A stretch of DNA of 64,000 nt, taken from NCBI RefSeq assembly GCF_001194135.2, contig NC_068981.1, positions 101,687,671 to 101,751,670 of the forward strand. The letters are read 5' to 3'. The notes under the pieces are model-generated. The model was not told where the DNA came from. It saw nothing but the letters and a program-made list of their open reading frames with translations, and did not search any database. This DNA is from Octopus bimaculoides (Eukaryota). The position numbers and the translations under genes are program-made. Shown here piece by piece: positions 1 through 11,550 of the stretch (positions are counted from its first letter, which is position 1; each line of letters begins with the position of its first letter).

Positions 1-125
1 GTAGAGAGACAGCTTATCACGTCCATGCTCATGGTCGGCCGACCGTAAAAGAGGAAGATTAAAGCGGGAACGCTTGGCTGTTTAATTCCACGCATGCGTG
101 AGACCACTTATGCGCACGGCGTTAC
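1..125. promoter_or_regulatory. CpG-rich promoter-like patch at the window edge
   Basis: 11 CpGs in the first 121 bp of an otherwise CpG-poor window. Perfect 12-bp palindromes ggtcggccgacc (33-44) and cacgcatgcgtg (89-100, NRF1-like), plus tgcgcac at 111-117. Confidence 0.4.
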
Positions 126-2713
126 TACACATGCAACCACTATCACATAAATAGATTCACATACATACGTGAATGCTCACCGTAGCAAATATATACAACT
201 ACACATACTTAAATACACACATAGACAATAAAACGTTTGTCAATGCTTAGCATCAGATAAAAAAGAACTAACTTTTGCAAAAGACAGCAGAATAATAAAA
301 TAAAACTATATAACATTTTTACTCATATCCTAAACTTCGTAAAATATGTGTTAAGGCTTTGTTTCGATTCGAAGTTTTTCCAACTATTGATAATATGCCA
401 ACATTAATAACCGTATTCCTCATTTTCTTCGCAAAATGTTGGTTACTTTGTAAAATGTATGTAACGGTATATTTTGGATACGGGTTTTTCCCACCTATAT
501 AAGATTAAATGCTTCTTTAATTATTTCTATGTGACTGTCTTTTCCCAGTTGCATAAGCTAGATAATACATTGTAATAAACTGTAATATGGTTTTAAAAAA
601 TGACATGAGTATTTTGTCCTGGGGATCGTACATTTGGCAATTAAATTTATAGTGAAAAGATTCAATTTATAGGAGCCCCCTCTCTCAGAAACTTAGGATC
701 TCAAATATCCTGGCTCATGACTGGAAATCACTGGCTTCAGCTACGAGCTGTAGCTATTTTATTTTATTTGTCTCGCTTTGTTTCATTTATCCACAAGGGA
801 AACATATATTTTATTTAATCTCAAGCGCTTTTCATCTCTAAGAAATTTCAGACCTTCCGCATACATGAATTTCCAAGCATTTGGAGATTATTGTGAGGCA
901 ACATCGATAGAGCAAGTAATGATCTAGCGTCCTCATTTGACCTTTGGAAATCTCAGTTAGGTATCTTTTGGAAAAGTCGGGATCTCTGTTATCTATATAT
1001 ATCAGATATTTGGATGAGTGACCTTGGTGTGATAATGAATATGAGGTGCGGGAGCTTTGTGTGACGATGAAAGATCGTAAGCTTTGGGGAGGAGTTGTAA
1101 GGTCTGTCTCGGCTGGGGTCGGCAAATGATGATGACAATTTTCGGTCGAATAACTAAAACATTTTGTATATCTGAAATAACTCGAATCTTATCCTTCCAG
1201 ACGGAGAAGTATTCCGTTATGACATCATGTAATTAGCGTTCTATTCAATATTGATATATCATTTAAATAGACAAATATAGTTTGCTCAAAGAGAAAGATG
1301 CGGAAGGTTTTCTGCTTTTAAATGTTTCTTTTATGACATAATAATACATTTTCTAAAGTCCGACTTTGTTAATATTTCATATTTTCCACGGTTTGCAAGA
1401 TACCAACACTGGAATTACATAGACTATGTCTTGTGCATTATATCCATGTTCACCAAAGTAACTTTGGTCATGCGATAGACATATACACACCCAAAGAAAA
1501 ACACGCAGTAACATACATACACTCTTTTTCTCACATCACATACTTTTGTAGACATGTAAATAGCTTCGTATATATTACTATCGATTCAGGGTACGAGTTA
1601 CAAGACCTGAACAGTAATGGTCTGTCTCAGTTGGTGGGTGGGGGGATGTCACCAAATGATGATGAATTACGTTCTAATAACCAGAATATTCTTTTGTCAA
1701 AACATTCTTGAATCTAGGTATTTAAGACAGGGAAATATTTCATTATGACGTCATGTTCTGTTTATTATTAATACATTATGTAAATACACAAATAAGTTTG
1801 CTCAAAGAGAAAAATGTTGCGTTTCAATTTTGAAATGTTTCAAATACTGAGATATTTCACTGACCAGTTTGGTAGATAGACAACTAAGTTATTTTTCAAT
1901 TACAAAGTTAACTTTGGAAACTCTATAATCACGAAACACATCGTAATCTGAACTAAATTCTGTGAGTTGTGGTTAAGAATTTTCTCGTCGTGTGTACATT
2001 CGTAACATATTCTAAGGCATACACACATACGCTCTCTCTCTCTCTCTCTCTCCCACCTTTGTGCGTTTGCGCGTGTGTGTATACGTGAGTGCTTGCAAGT
2101 ATACATACATAGATGCGTCAGTATTCACCCCCCCCCCCACATCGTTGATACCCATTATGCAACAGTTCTCTTTGTGTCTTTCCCCATAAATTTCTGATTG
2201 ACCTGAATTAATATTCAAGATATTCAGAAGAATTCCCAGTTACATGACAATATTTAGGTTAGAGCCAGAGAAGTATTGATTATGTAAAGGCATATCTTTA
2301 TGGTTGTTTATTACATTAAGCCGATTTGCTATTGTATGTCCATTTTATCCATTATCTTAGATTTGCATTTTATCTATAGTAAGTCGCATTAATATTCCAT
2401 CAATTCTTGAACCTTTAGGCTTGATAGAAGAAACTAAAGGCTAGCTAACAGACATAGTAACTTTTATTTTTCATATGGCAATACGAAAAAAAGTCTGTTA
2501 TGGGATATATTGATAGTGGACATTCAGCGCGTCTGATATTGCATAATTCTCGATTGAAATCTGTTCAGTCTCGTGTGGAGCAGAATTGGCACTGAGTCAC
2601 ATAGACTTAGAATTGATTTTTTATTTATAAGACTTAGAATTAGCATATCACATTGGAGATACCTGGTGTACATGCTCCTTTAAGACCTACTCACAAACAG
2701 TAAAGTTATGGAA

Positions 2714-2954
2714 CAGTGGCTTTTAACCATTTTTTTTTGTTTGTGGACTCCTTTGATTCCTATTTTATTCTCCTGGAGTTCCAAAGCCATTCGATGTTTT
2801 GAAAAGTCTTGTTATATTTTTATAATTAAATACTATTAGGAATTGTACCAAAAAAAAAAATGTCAAAATATCTTGTGTGTTGTAGAAGTACAACCAATTT
2901 ATTGCACAAATTTAAACATCTGAATCTTATATGAACCCAAGTTGAAAACCACTG
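2714..2954. mobile_element. hAT-type (CAGTG...CACTG) non-autonomous MITE
   Basis: Ends cagtggcttttaacc / gttgaaaaccactg; interior homologous to the copy at 24034-24282. Confidence 0.75.
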
Positions 2955-3379
2955 ATAAAGAATAACTAGATGATGTTGTTAAACTGGGTAGCCTGTTAGA
3001 CCAAATAGATACTGGTTAACTTTATATTAACCTTCACCTCACTGCAAACAAGGTTTTGGTTTTCTTTCTTTGTATCCTTAACATAAAAGGGTATCCAAAT
3101 GTTAAAAGAAATACTTCAATGAAGAGAACCACCTTAACTTTTCAAGCACTGAAAAGATAAAAGAATACGCACTGTCGCCGCCCCCACCACCATCACAATT
3201 ATCATCACCATCATTATTGTCGGCACTTTTATCATTTGCATTATTGTTACTTTCGTCACTGTTTTAATATCCTTTCTCCATGTTAACCCAGTTTAAAATT
3301 GTTTCTGCAATCCTTAGTCATCTATATTCTGCCACCTCTCGCATACACCACACATCAAGTCATCTACAATTCATAGTAC

Positions 3380-3600
3380 CTCCGTAATCTCACGAGATCT
3401 ACTTTAAATTGTACCAACATTGATAATTGTGGCAATGAGCTTCTAGTGTTGGATGAGTTGGTGTTTGAGATCTGTTCTCTGCCCCTGAAAGGAAGTGTAT
3501 GATCCCTTTTATGGTGGTTGAAGTGTTTGTGTGTTCTTGTACATGCCCATATATTTCTACCTAACTACCTTACTACCGTGAACAACCCTGCCAACTTAAG
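3380..3600 (-). mobile_element. Possible degenerate Penelope-like RT thumb fragment
   Basis: Frame-shifted pieces KHFNHH / KGIIHFLSGAENRS / ATIINVGTI loosely match the H..HP..KKGII..L..RA...S motif. Weak. Confidence 0.25.
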
Positions 3601-3623
3601 TGGTGTATCATTGTGTATGCAAT

Positions 3624-3782
3624 GTTTACATTCTTAGTTCAAATTCCACCAAGGTTGACTTTGCCTTTCATCCTTTTGGGGTTGATAAGACAAGTACCAG
3701 TTGAACACTGGGGTTGATGGAATAGACTTATCCCCCCACCCCTGAACATGCTAGCCTTGTGCCAAAATTTGAAATCAATATT
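3624..3782 (+). mobile_element. SINE group A, 5'-truncated
   Basis: B box tagttcaaattcc, central gttgactttgcctttcatcc and tail gccttgtgccaaaatttgaaatcaata. Confidence 0.85.
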
Positions 3783-5218
3783 GTGTATGAAACTTATCTT
3801 TATCGATATATTGGAATATTTCCTGTTTTGGAAATTGTTTTACTGGTTGACTGTCCTTCCTATCATCAACCATTTTACAGTATAGATTAGGTGCATTTTA
3901 TCATGCTACAAGCATTCAGGGGTTTATCTGTCAGGACTAAAGTGTTTCTTGCATACTGTGTCAGTTTTTATTCAGAGTTAGTGCTGTCTTACCCTAAACG
4001 GACTTTCTTCTCTGTTGTTTATGGAGTCTGTCTTCTTAGCTAACAATACTAAAGATACAGTTATAGAACTTTGTAAGTAGTATGTGGGTAATGAATGAAA
4101 GGGAAGTGGTTACAGACTAAGAAATCTGTAGAAGTTTGGACTGTTGGGAAAAAGGGGAAAAATGATGAGAGAGAAAGAGTGACTGAGAGAGTGTGGGCAT
4201 GAGAGTGAGAGTGAGAGAGTGTGGGACAAGAGAATGAGATGAAGATAGAATCAAAACAAGAGAGATAGAACATGTGGGTAAAATAGGGAAAGAGGGTGTG
4301 CAATATGGGAGAGAGTGAGAGAGTGACAAAAGATGTGATGGGCAAGGTGGAGGAGAATCAGGTAAGAGAGGTAGACAGGAAGAAAAAGAGAGAAATGATA
4401 TAGAAGGACATGTGGGTAGTGCAAAGACAATGTGAAATGAAGCAACTTACTCAAAGACAACAGGCTACTTGTTCCAGGAGTGAACCCAAAACTTAACAAT
4501 CTTGGCTTCAAGAGTGTTAAGTGCTCAACTATGTATATTCCACACACACACACACACGCATACACGGATGAGTTGTCTATTTGTGCTTGTCTGTGCACAA
4601 AATCACACTTAAATTTATACTCACAGGGAGTTTGTATGACACTCATTTTCACACACACACACACATACATGCACGCACGCATACACACACACACACACAC
4701 ACACACACGTATAAAGTAGCAATGTGTTTCATTTCATTTATTTAAATTTTTATGAATTTCTATAGAAAAGTCTGACTATTTTGTCATCCAGCTATTTCCT
4801 TTCTTTCACTTTCTTTCACTTAAATCTGCTGCTGTTTTTCATTCCTCATCTGGATTCCTGTAATTAATTAAATGAAGAGTTGGCAGACTATTAAAAAATG
4901 ATTTGAGAGATGTACTTTTACATCGACACATACTAATATACTACTATTCTTGAATGATGTAAACTCCATTATAGCATACTTTTATATTAATTATACATTT
5001 TTTTTGTGGCAGCTAATTAGAAGAATATTAAGATTTGGCAGATGTATGTTTGAAGCTACAAACTATAGACTGATATGCTATTATGTATAATCTATTACAA
5101 CATTCTTTTGGATTATTTAATTGAAGATTTCTTTTTTATCATTTTATTCATTAAATATCAAGGAACATTTCTGAGGTCTATGTACAGCTACACACACTAG
5201 TATACTGATTATAATATA

Positions 5219-5425
5219 ATATTGATTTAAAATTTTGGAACAAGGACAGAAATTTAGCGGGAGGGGGTAAGTTGATTATATCAGCCCCAATTCTTAACTG
5301 GTACTTATTTTATCGACTCTGAAAGGATGAAATGCAAAGTTGACCTTGGCAGAATTTGACCTCAAAATGTAAAGATGGACTAAATGCTGCAAAGTATTTT
5401 ACCTAGTGTGCTAATCATTCTGTCT
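5219..5425 (-). mobile_element. SINE group A
   Basis: Reverse complement of the same head, core and tail. Confidence 0.85.
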
Positions 5426-5553
5426 GCTCACTTCCTTATACTGACTATGATATTAATCTCCTTTTACATAACAAATGTGCCTATAAGGATGTCAAGGTAT
5501 GCATCCTACTATACATATGTATCTGTGTGTATATATACACGACACACATATGT

Positions 5554-5584
<31 letters not shown>

Positions 5585-7247
5585 TTCACATACATCTCTC
5601 TCTTTCTCTCTCTATGTAAATCAATTGATAAAGTTTTGGTTGGTCACCAGTACTTCTTACTTTCTTTAGTATCCTCAAAATTTTTAATCAGCACTCCATC
5701 ACCATCTCATAAACATATATTCTGGATGAAACCATCTATACTTGCTATTGGTAAAACTTGGAAACGTTATTTGTATTCCGCTTTACATTGATTTCTCTGC
5801 TTTTCAAATGGTCTGACTATTGACATCTAAGCTTTGATGAACTAACAGGAAAGCTTTACATATTCACATAACCTCCAAGAAATTCCCTCAAATTATATAT
5901 CACTTTTGTTTCAGAAAGAAAGACACATTTGATAACACAGTATAAAGGATGGAAGTGTGACAGCTGGAATGTTTTTGTGTGTAGGTCTGCTCGAGCAGGG
6001 GTAATTAATCTAAGGTCTAGACACCAACACAGGTAAATATGGGATAAATATTTTTGTAAGTTTCAATATTTGCAACAATTTCTGGAGCAAGTATTTTAGA
6101 ATCTTTTCTCTAGTAACTTTATACTTTAAACACTTAACAACCAATCATTTTCAAGGAAAGGAAGAGAATTGGGAAACATCACTAAATAATGCAGTAAATA
6201 ATTTAGTTCTTGAAACATGATCAGTTATCAAGCTCTGCTTATTTTTATTTTGGACAAAATTGAATATGGGAATTGATTAAATATTTGGTTTTGTCACTTT
6301 TAATGAATTACAACAAAATTATAACCATTTTAAAGTGCTGCTTTCAATTGTGGCTGTTGAATAGAAACCAAACTAATTGATTTAAGAGAATTGTTTCAGA
6401 GAATTTTAATTTCAACTTCATAACAGTTACTGGAAATAGGAACAAAATGAAATCACAGCCAACGTTGGAGATAAAGAGTAGACAGAAAAGAAATGAGAAC
6501 TGAGTAGAACTCACCAGCACAGAAAAATGGAGTTAAAGTTGATCATGAAACTGGAATTATTTTTCTCTCTCTGGTTGAGTAGATAAAGCATTGAACTACC
6601 AAAGTATAGGTCAAAGAGCTATAACTGTAGCAATACATGGCAGCTTTGTGATTTTCCTGAATTGAACACTTAATTCCATTTGCTTCCCTATTCAATTTGC
6701 AAACATTTATTGCATGCCTTTCTTTACTTGAAAGCGTTCAACCATAAACTGATGATGCCAAGTGTAGTTAATGTAAAATCTTCCTTAGTCAGCTTTGTTT
6801 AAGTCAATCTTCAATATATAACTTAAGCTATTGAATTGTCCTGGCACATAGAGGAATTATGCTTTACTGAGGAGATCTAATAAGATCAAAACATATCTGT
6901 TTTCATTACAATGTTTGTCAAAGGGAAGATTATTTTCTCCCCTCACCTCATTACCTGGATTTCTATGTCAACTTATTTTGCCTTTGTTATGTTCAATATT
7001 TGATTTTAACACTGGAATTATGCCCATCACATTCTGTTATTCTGTTAGTGCTTACTAAATGTTGGAAATTGATTCACTGCACATGTAAACTTTCTCAAGC
7101 AGTAGGCCTTCTGAACATTGATTATCATAAGTCAGGCGACTACACTACAATAATAATTGAATAAACATCACATATACCACAGAATATACCATAGATTACA
7201 CTGTGTCGTAAAAATATATTAAGGTCGGACTTGAAAACTACATTACA

Positions 7248-7462
7248 AAATATTGGTCTCGAATTTTGGCACTTCTGCAAGTGTGAGGAGGGACTTAGTT
7301 GATTAAATTGACCCCAGCGTTCAATTGGTACTTATTTTATCAACCCTGAAAGGATGAAAGACAAAGTCAATCTCAGAGGAATTTGAACTCAAAGCATAAT
7401 GATGGATGAAATGCAGCTAAGCATTTTGCTTGGTATGTTAACTATTCTACCAGCTCACTGCC
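7248..7462 (-). mobile_element. SINE group A
   Basis: Reverse-complement match including gaatttgaactc (B box) and the head ctaccagctc. Confidence 0.85.
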
Positions 7463-7597
7463 TTGACTACAATACAAAATATTAAGTTATTTAGTTTGTA
7501 TTTAATCATATCATTATGTATGTCATAGAAAAAAGATATAAAGGACCACATGCAGTTCAAATATTTTAGGCTGCCTGTACCTGCTATAAGATATCTC

Positions 7598-7920
7598 TTA
7601 ATTGTTTCAGTCATTGGACCACAGCCACTGGGGTACTCCCTGGAAGGGTTTAGTCAAACGGTTTGACCCCAGTGCTTATTTTGACTTTGGTGGTATTGTT
7701 CTATCAACCTCTTTTGCTGAACTGCTAAGTTATGTGGATGTAAACAAACTCACACCAATTGTCAAGCAGTTGTGGAGGACTAACGCGGACACATAAACAG
7801 GGATTCCATATAGTTTCCATTTAAGAAAAACACTCACAAGGACTCACAAGGTGCCACTCAATATGACTGAACCTGAAACCTTGAGGTTGCAAGCCAAAAT
7901 TCTTAACCATACAGCCATGA
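7598..7920 (-). mobile_element. SINE group B, old and internally deleted
   Basis: Recognisable tail, middle and head. Further partial copies at ~12405-12490, 15040-15145, 35520-35702, 43945-44095 and 54170-54370 (all minus) and 57395-57534 (plus). Confidence 0.75.
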
Positions 7921-8411
7921 CATTACATGGATCATAGAAAGAGATCATGTAGCTCAAGTACTTCAGACTGCCTGTGACTTCAATAGGATATGATTAACTT
8001 GACTCATATCATACTGCAGGCTTGTTGTTGATTGTAGTGATGTTGATGCTGTTATTGTCTAACTGTAGTCACTCGTACAAGAACAGGTAACCTATTGAAT
8101 GTTTGGGGACTATTCACTGTTCCAGGCCATAGTACTTGGGACCAAATATCAGACCATTACCATTGTTTTTGATTATCTTGTATAATTCTGTAACAGTTCC
8201 AGTTGATCTGTCAATCCTATGGCCTGCATGTAGTTGACTGAATGACTAAGTATGAACCACAAATTTACTGTTCTAGATATACTATATAACTACTTAGATG
8301 ATGGCCGTACTATATATTGAAGTAGCTATGATGAATGCCATAAAGAAACATTAATATAAACTACATTGGTTTTTAGGCTAAACATAAACAACACACACAC
8401 ACACACACACA

Positions 8412-8620
8412 CATCATTCTTTAATGTCTATTTTCCATGCTGGCATGGGTTGGACATTTTTACCAGAGCTGGTAAGCAGGAGAGCTACACCAGGTACCAA
8501 TCTAATTTGGCTGGGTTTCTATAGCTGGATGCCCTTCCTAATGCCAACCACTTCACAGTGTGCACTGGGTGCTTTTAACATGGCACTGGAGTACTTTTTA
8601 CGTGACACTGGCACAGGACT
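8412..8620 (-). mobile_element. RTE 3'-tail fragment (short truncated copy or RTE-derived SINE)
   Basis: catcatt...ttccatgctggcatgggttgg...gctggatgcccttcctaatgccaaccac matches the 3' end of the RTE copies at 47.3 and 52.7 kb. Confidence 0.8.
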
Positions 8621-9254
8621 TTAGCAAATCAGTCCACTTTATCAGGGTGTGCAGCATTAAAACTTCTGCTGGGGAGGACAGCCCTTCTTGAGTACAGCAA
8701 AGCACCAGATATATCAGTCCTTTGTCATCTTTTCCTTAAGGTTCAGTGTTCTGAGGTCATCCATTGGTACTTTGTTCCATCTATTTTGAGTGATCAGCAC
8801 TTCTTTATGGAACTGTTGACATCCATTCACATCACATACACACACAATATATTTGCATAACAACAATGTAATAGTTTCCTTTAACCAATATCCTGTATTG
8901 GAAGAGTCTGTATAATTCAATAAAATTGTTGGTTACTTTTTCTCCTTTCTTAAATATAGTTATATTATTTTTGTGGTGCACTGTTTTGGAAATCAGTATA
9001 TTAAGCGATCAATCAATTATTTATCTGACAAACTTAGCAATTTTGATAAATAGAGTCAATCACTTGCTTTAAAGAAAAGTACCTGTCAACAGGTGATTAA
9101 TTCTTTTTACAATTTTAGAGAAACTGAAAAGAAGAAATGGAAGTAACGGAGATGGATGTTTGTGAAGTGAAATGTCTACTTCCAGGAATCAAAACTATGC
9201 TGTATTGACTCAGTTTTCTTCTTCTTCTTCTTCTAATGATGATGATGATGATAA

Positions 9255-9862
9255 TGCCCTGATGCAGTACCAGGCACTGGCTCTCATGAGTTCTGATTGA
9301 ACTGATTGGAAATGTTATCATGTACATTGTTTTGTCTTGGTATAAAAGACGGGCTACAGCAAATATTCTGCTCAATGCCACAGATTTGCTTGTCAGTTGC
9401 TTGACCTTAGCCAGTTGAGCATGTCCTTTGGTGGCTGACGATATGTGCATATCTGATCACGAGCAGAAGTAGTGGGGAAACATCATAGCCTTGTGTTGAG
9501 AAGAATTCTTTGGAGTTTGAATAATTCACCTCTGGAAACATGGGTGTTTCATTCAACATCCTTATTCAAGGACCATTTGTCAGTGCCAAGCAGAAATATT
9601 ATTATTATTATTATTATTATTGACTGAGAGAGCAGTGCATGCCATCAAAGTGACACTGGGGTAAAATATATGAAGCCCAATATACCCATCATGACTACCC
9701 GTCTGATAAGGGTATACCAGGCACATGCATCACAACCATATGTGTGTAACATGGTGATCTCATATCAAGATAAACAGCACATGACCTTGCAGGTGGGGCC
9801 CAGTTAGAATTTTCTTCAGGTTGTGTAGCCCATTCTGTTCAAATGGTCCTTGAATAAGGATG
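9255..9862. mobile_element. Interspersed repeat with internal inversion, flanked by trinucleotide microsatellites
   Basis: Two high-complexity blocks (9255-9579 and 9622-9862) sit next to (GAT)n/(CTT)n and (ATT)n runs. They share a perfect 23-bp inverted repeat (9557-9579 versus 9840-9862). Membership of a known repeat family is from recall only. Confidence 0.5.
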
Positions 9863-10039
9863 TATCTGGCATGCTAACAATTCTACCAGCCCACTACTTT
9901 AAACCTCTCAACAATATATTGAGATGAACATTGTCCCGGTTAGATCTTCCGATAAGTGCACAAGTTTATGTGAGTCCAACAACATTACAAAGTATAAATT
10001 CCACTCACATAGCAGGTCTTTTGATCCCCAAACTTCAAA

Positions 10040-11200
10040 TCTGTATTTAAACTGAACTAAGGCCCCAAAATTATTGCCTATGTTCCACTTGTCCTCATCT
10101 AGTTAACCTTGGTTTACTGCCCATTGTGGTACACATCAACTAAGATGAGTGAATGTTTGAACCAAGTTCACAGGACTGACCATCTTGTCCTGGTAATATT
10201 CCACTCAAGCAATTATTTATTATCTACCATAGTTCAGATGTCATTTGTTATCAGCCTTTTAGAGCTTTCTGCTAACAGCTTTAGAAAACCATAGTTCTTC
10301 TCTTCCTCTTCATAGATCAGCAAAAGTGCTGCTGAAAAATGCATCTGTTTGGAAGGACACAATACACCCATCGAATGATATTTTATTGTTTACAACTGAC
10401 ATAGAACAATGCTGTCTTCATGCTTAATGAGAAATATTTAAGGGCAGTTCCTGAATATGTACAGTTGACTTGTCAACATAGATGAGAGGGATTGAAAAAA
10501 GACAGAAACTTACCCAAAGCTTATTTTCTTCTAAGATCCAAATTCTTTCTATTATAACTTTTAACTTGGTGAAATTTACTTCAAGGCCTTTCAAATCCAG
10601 GTTCTGCTTCTCCAAATTTTCTACAGACTTTATTATAAGAACAAGGTCATTCACATACAGAAATTTCTACAGACTGCTGGTCTTGAATTCTTTTGTTATA
10701 ACTTGGAGGACTATAATGAATAGGAGAAAGTTAAGAACTGAATCCTAATGAATCCCTACCTGCATGTTAAATTCATTAATGAACTCATTCTTGATTCTCG
10801 CCTTAACTAATTGCATCTCTTTATATGGCTCTCCCCAAGCCATTCACTCATCTACCTCTAGTTTCCTTAGCAACCCTCAAGGGCCTTCAGGCCAAAAAGT
10901 GGGGGACTCTGTCAAAGGCCTTCTCCAAGTAGATCAATGTTAAGAATAAGAGATTATTCTTAGTCTATTATTTCTCTTGCAACTGTTTCACTAGGAATTG
11001 AGTATCAGTGGTAACTTTCCCCTAAGTTGAACTGCATCTCATCATGGTTAATCCTATTCCAAATCAATTTTGAATTGGTCTGAGGGAGATTTGGCTGATA
11101 CAGCTATCAGGTTACATGACTTCATAAACCCTTTCTTATTGGTTCACCATATGAGTAGTGTTATGGATGTTTTTTGTGAATATTCAGCATCTGTTCAGAA
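10040..11200 (-). mobile_element. Old, highly degenerate RTE LINE reverse-transcriptase remnant
   Basis: Minus-strand fragments LEKAFDRVP (~10910-10935), LFIIVLQVITKEFKT and LYVNDLVLIIKSVENLEKQNLDLKGLEVNFTKLKV are homologous to the 48 kb copy. Boundaries are approximate. Confidence 0.75.
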
Positions 11201-11334
11201 TATTAGTTTTGTTCTGCAGTACAAACTTGGTTGTGTGATATTTAATCTATGTTGTGCATTTTGAGCCTCTTTACAAACTAAACTTTATACTTTCCTTTCT
11301 GCTTTTATTCATGGATAAGCAATAAGCCAACAAT

Positions 11335-11550
11335 GTGGTGGTCACTCAACCTGCTACAAATAGCAACCAAATCTCCTCCAAATCACACATTACTGTTTTC
11401 AAAGAGGAAGAACACTGTAGACCCTGATATTCAAATTGGACAGTGACATCCCTGGTATCCCAAAATGACAGAATGATCAAGCCTAGAACGTCTTAGAGCA
11501 TGCATAGGTTTGCTTGATAAGAGCTGACCTTGGTTGAAACAACAACAGCA
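11335..11550 (+). repeat. Old interspersed repeat (group F), representative copy
   Basis: ctcaacctgctacaaatagcaaccaaatctcctccaaatcacac...aaacaacaaca. Similar copies at ~5870-6030, 29480-29790, 33470-33660, 44630-45410 (split by a SINE), 54820-55030 and 62440-62680. Class unknown. Confidence 0.65.

Noticed and set aside
838-1125. 95-aa minus-strand ORF as a coding exon
   Set aside because: TTG start, no recognisable domain and no partner exon. A possible acceptor lies near 1172 but the frame is ambiguous.
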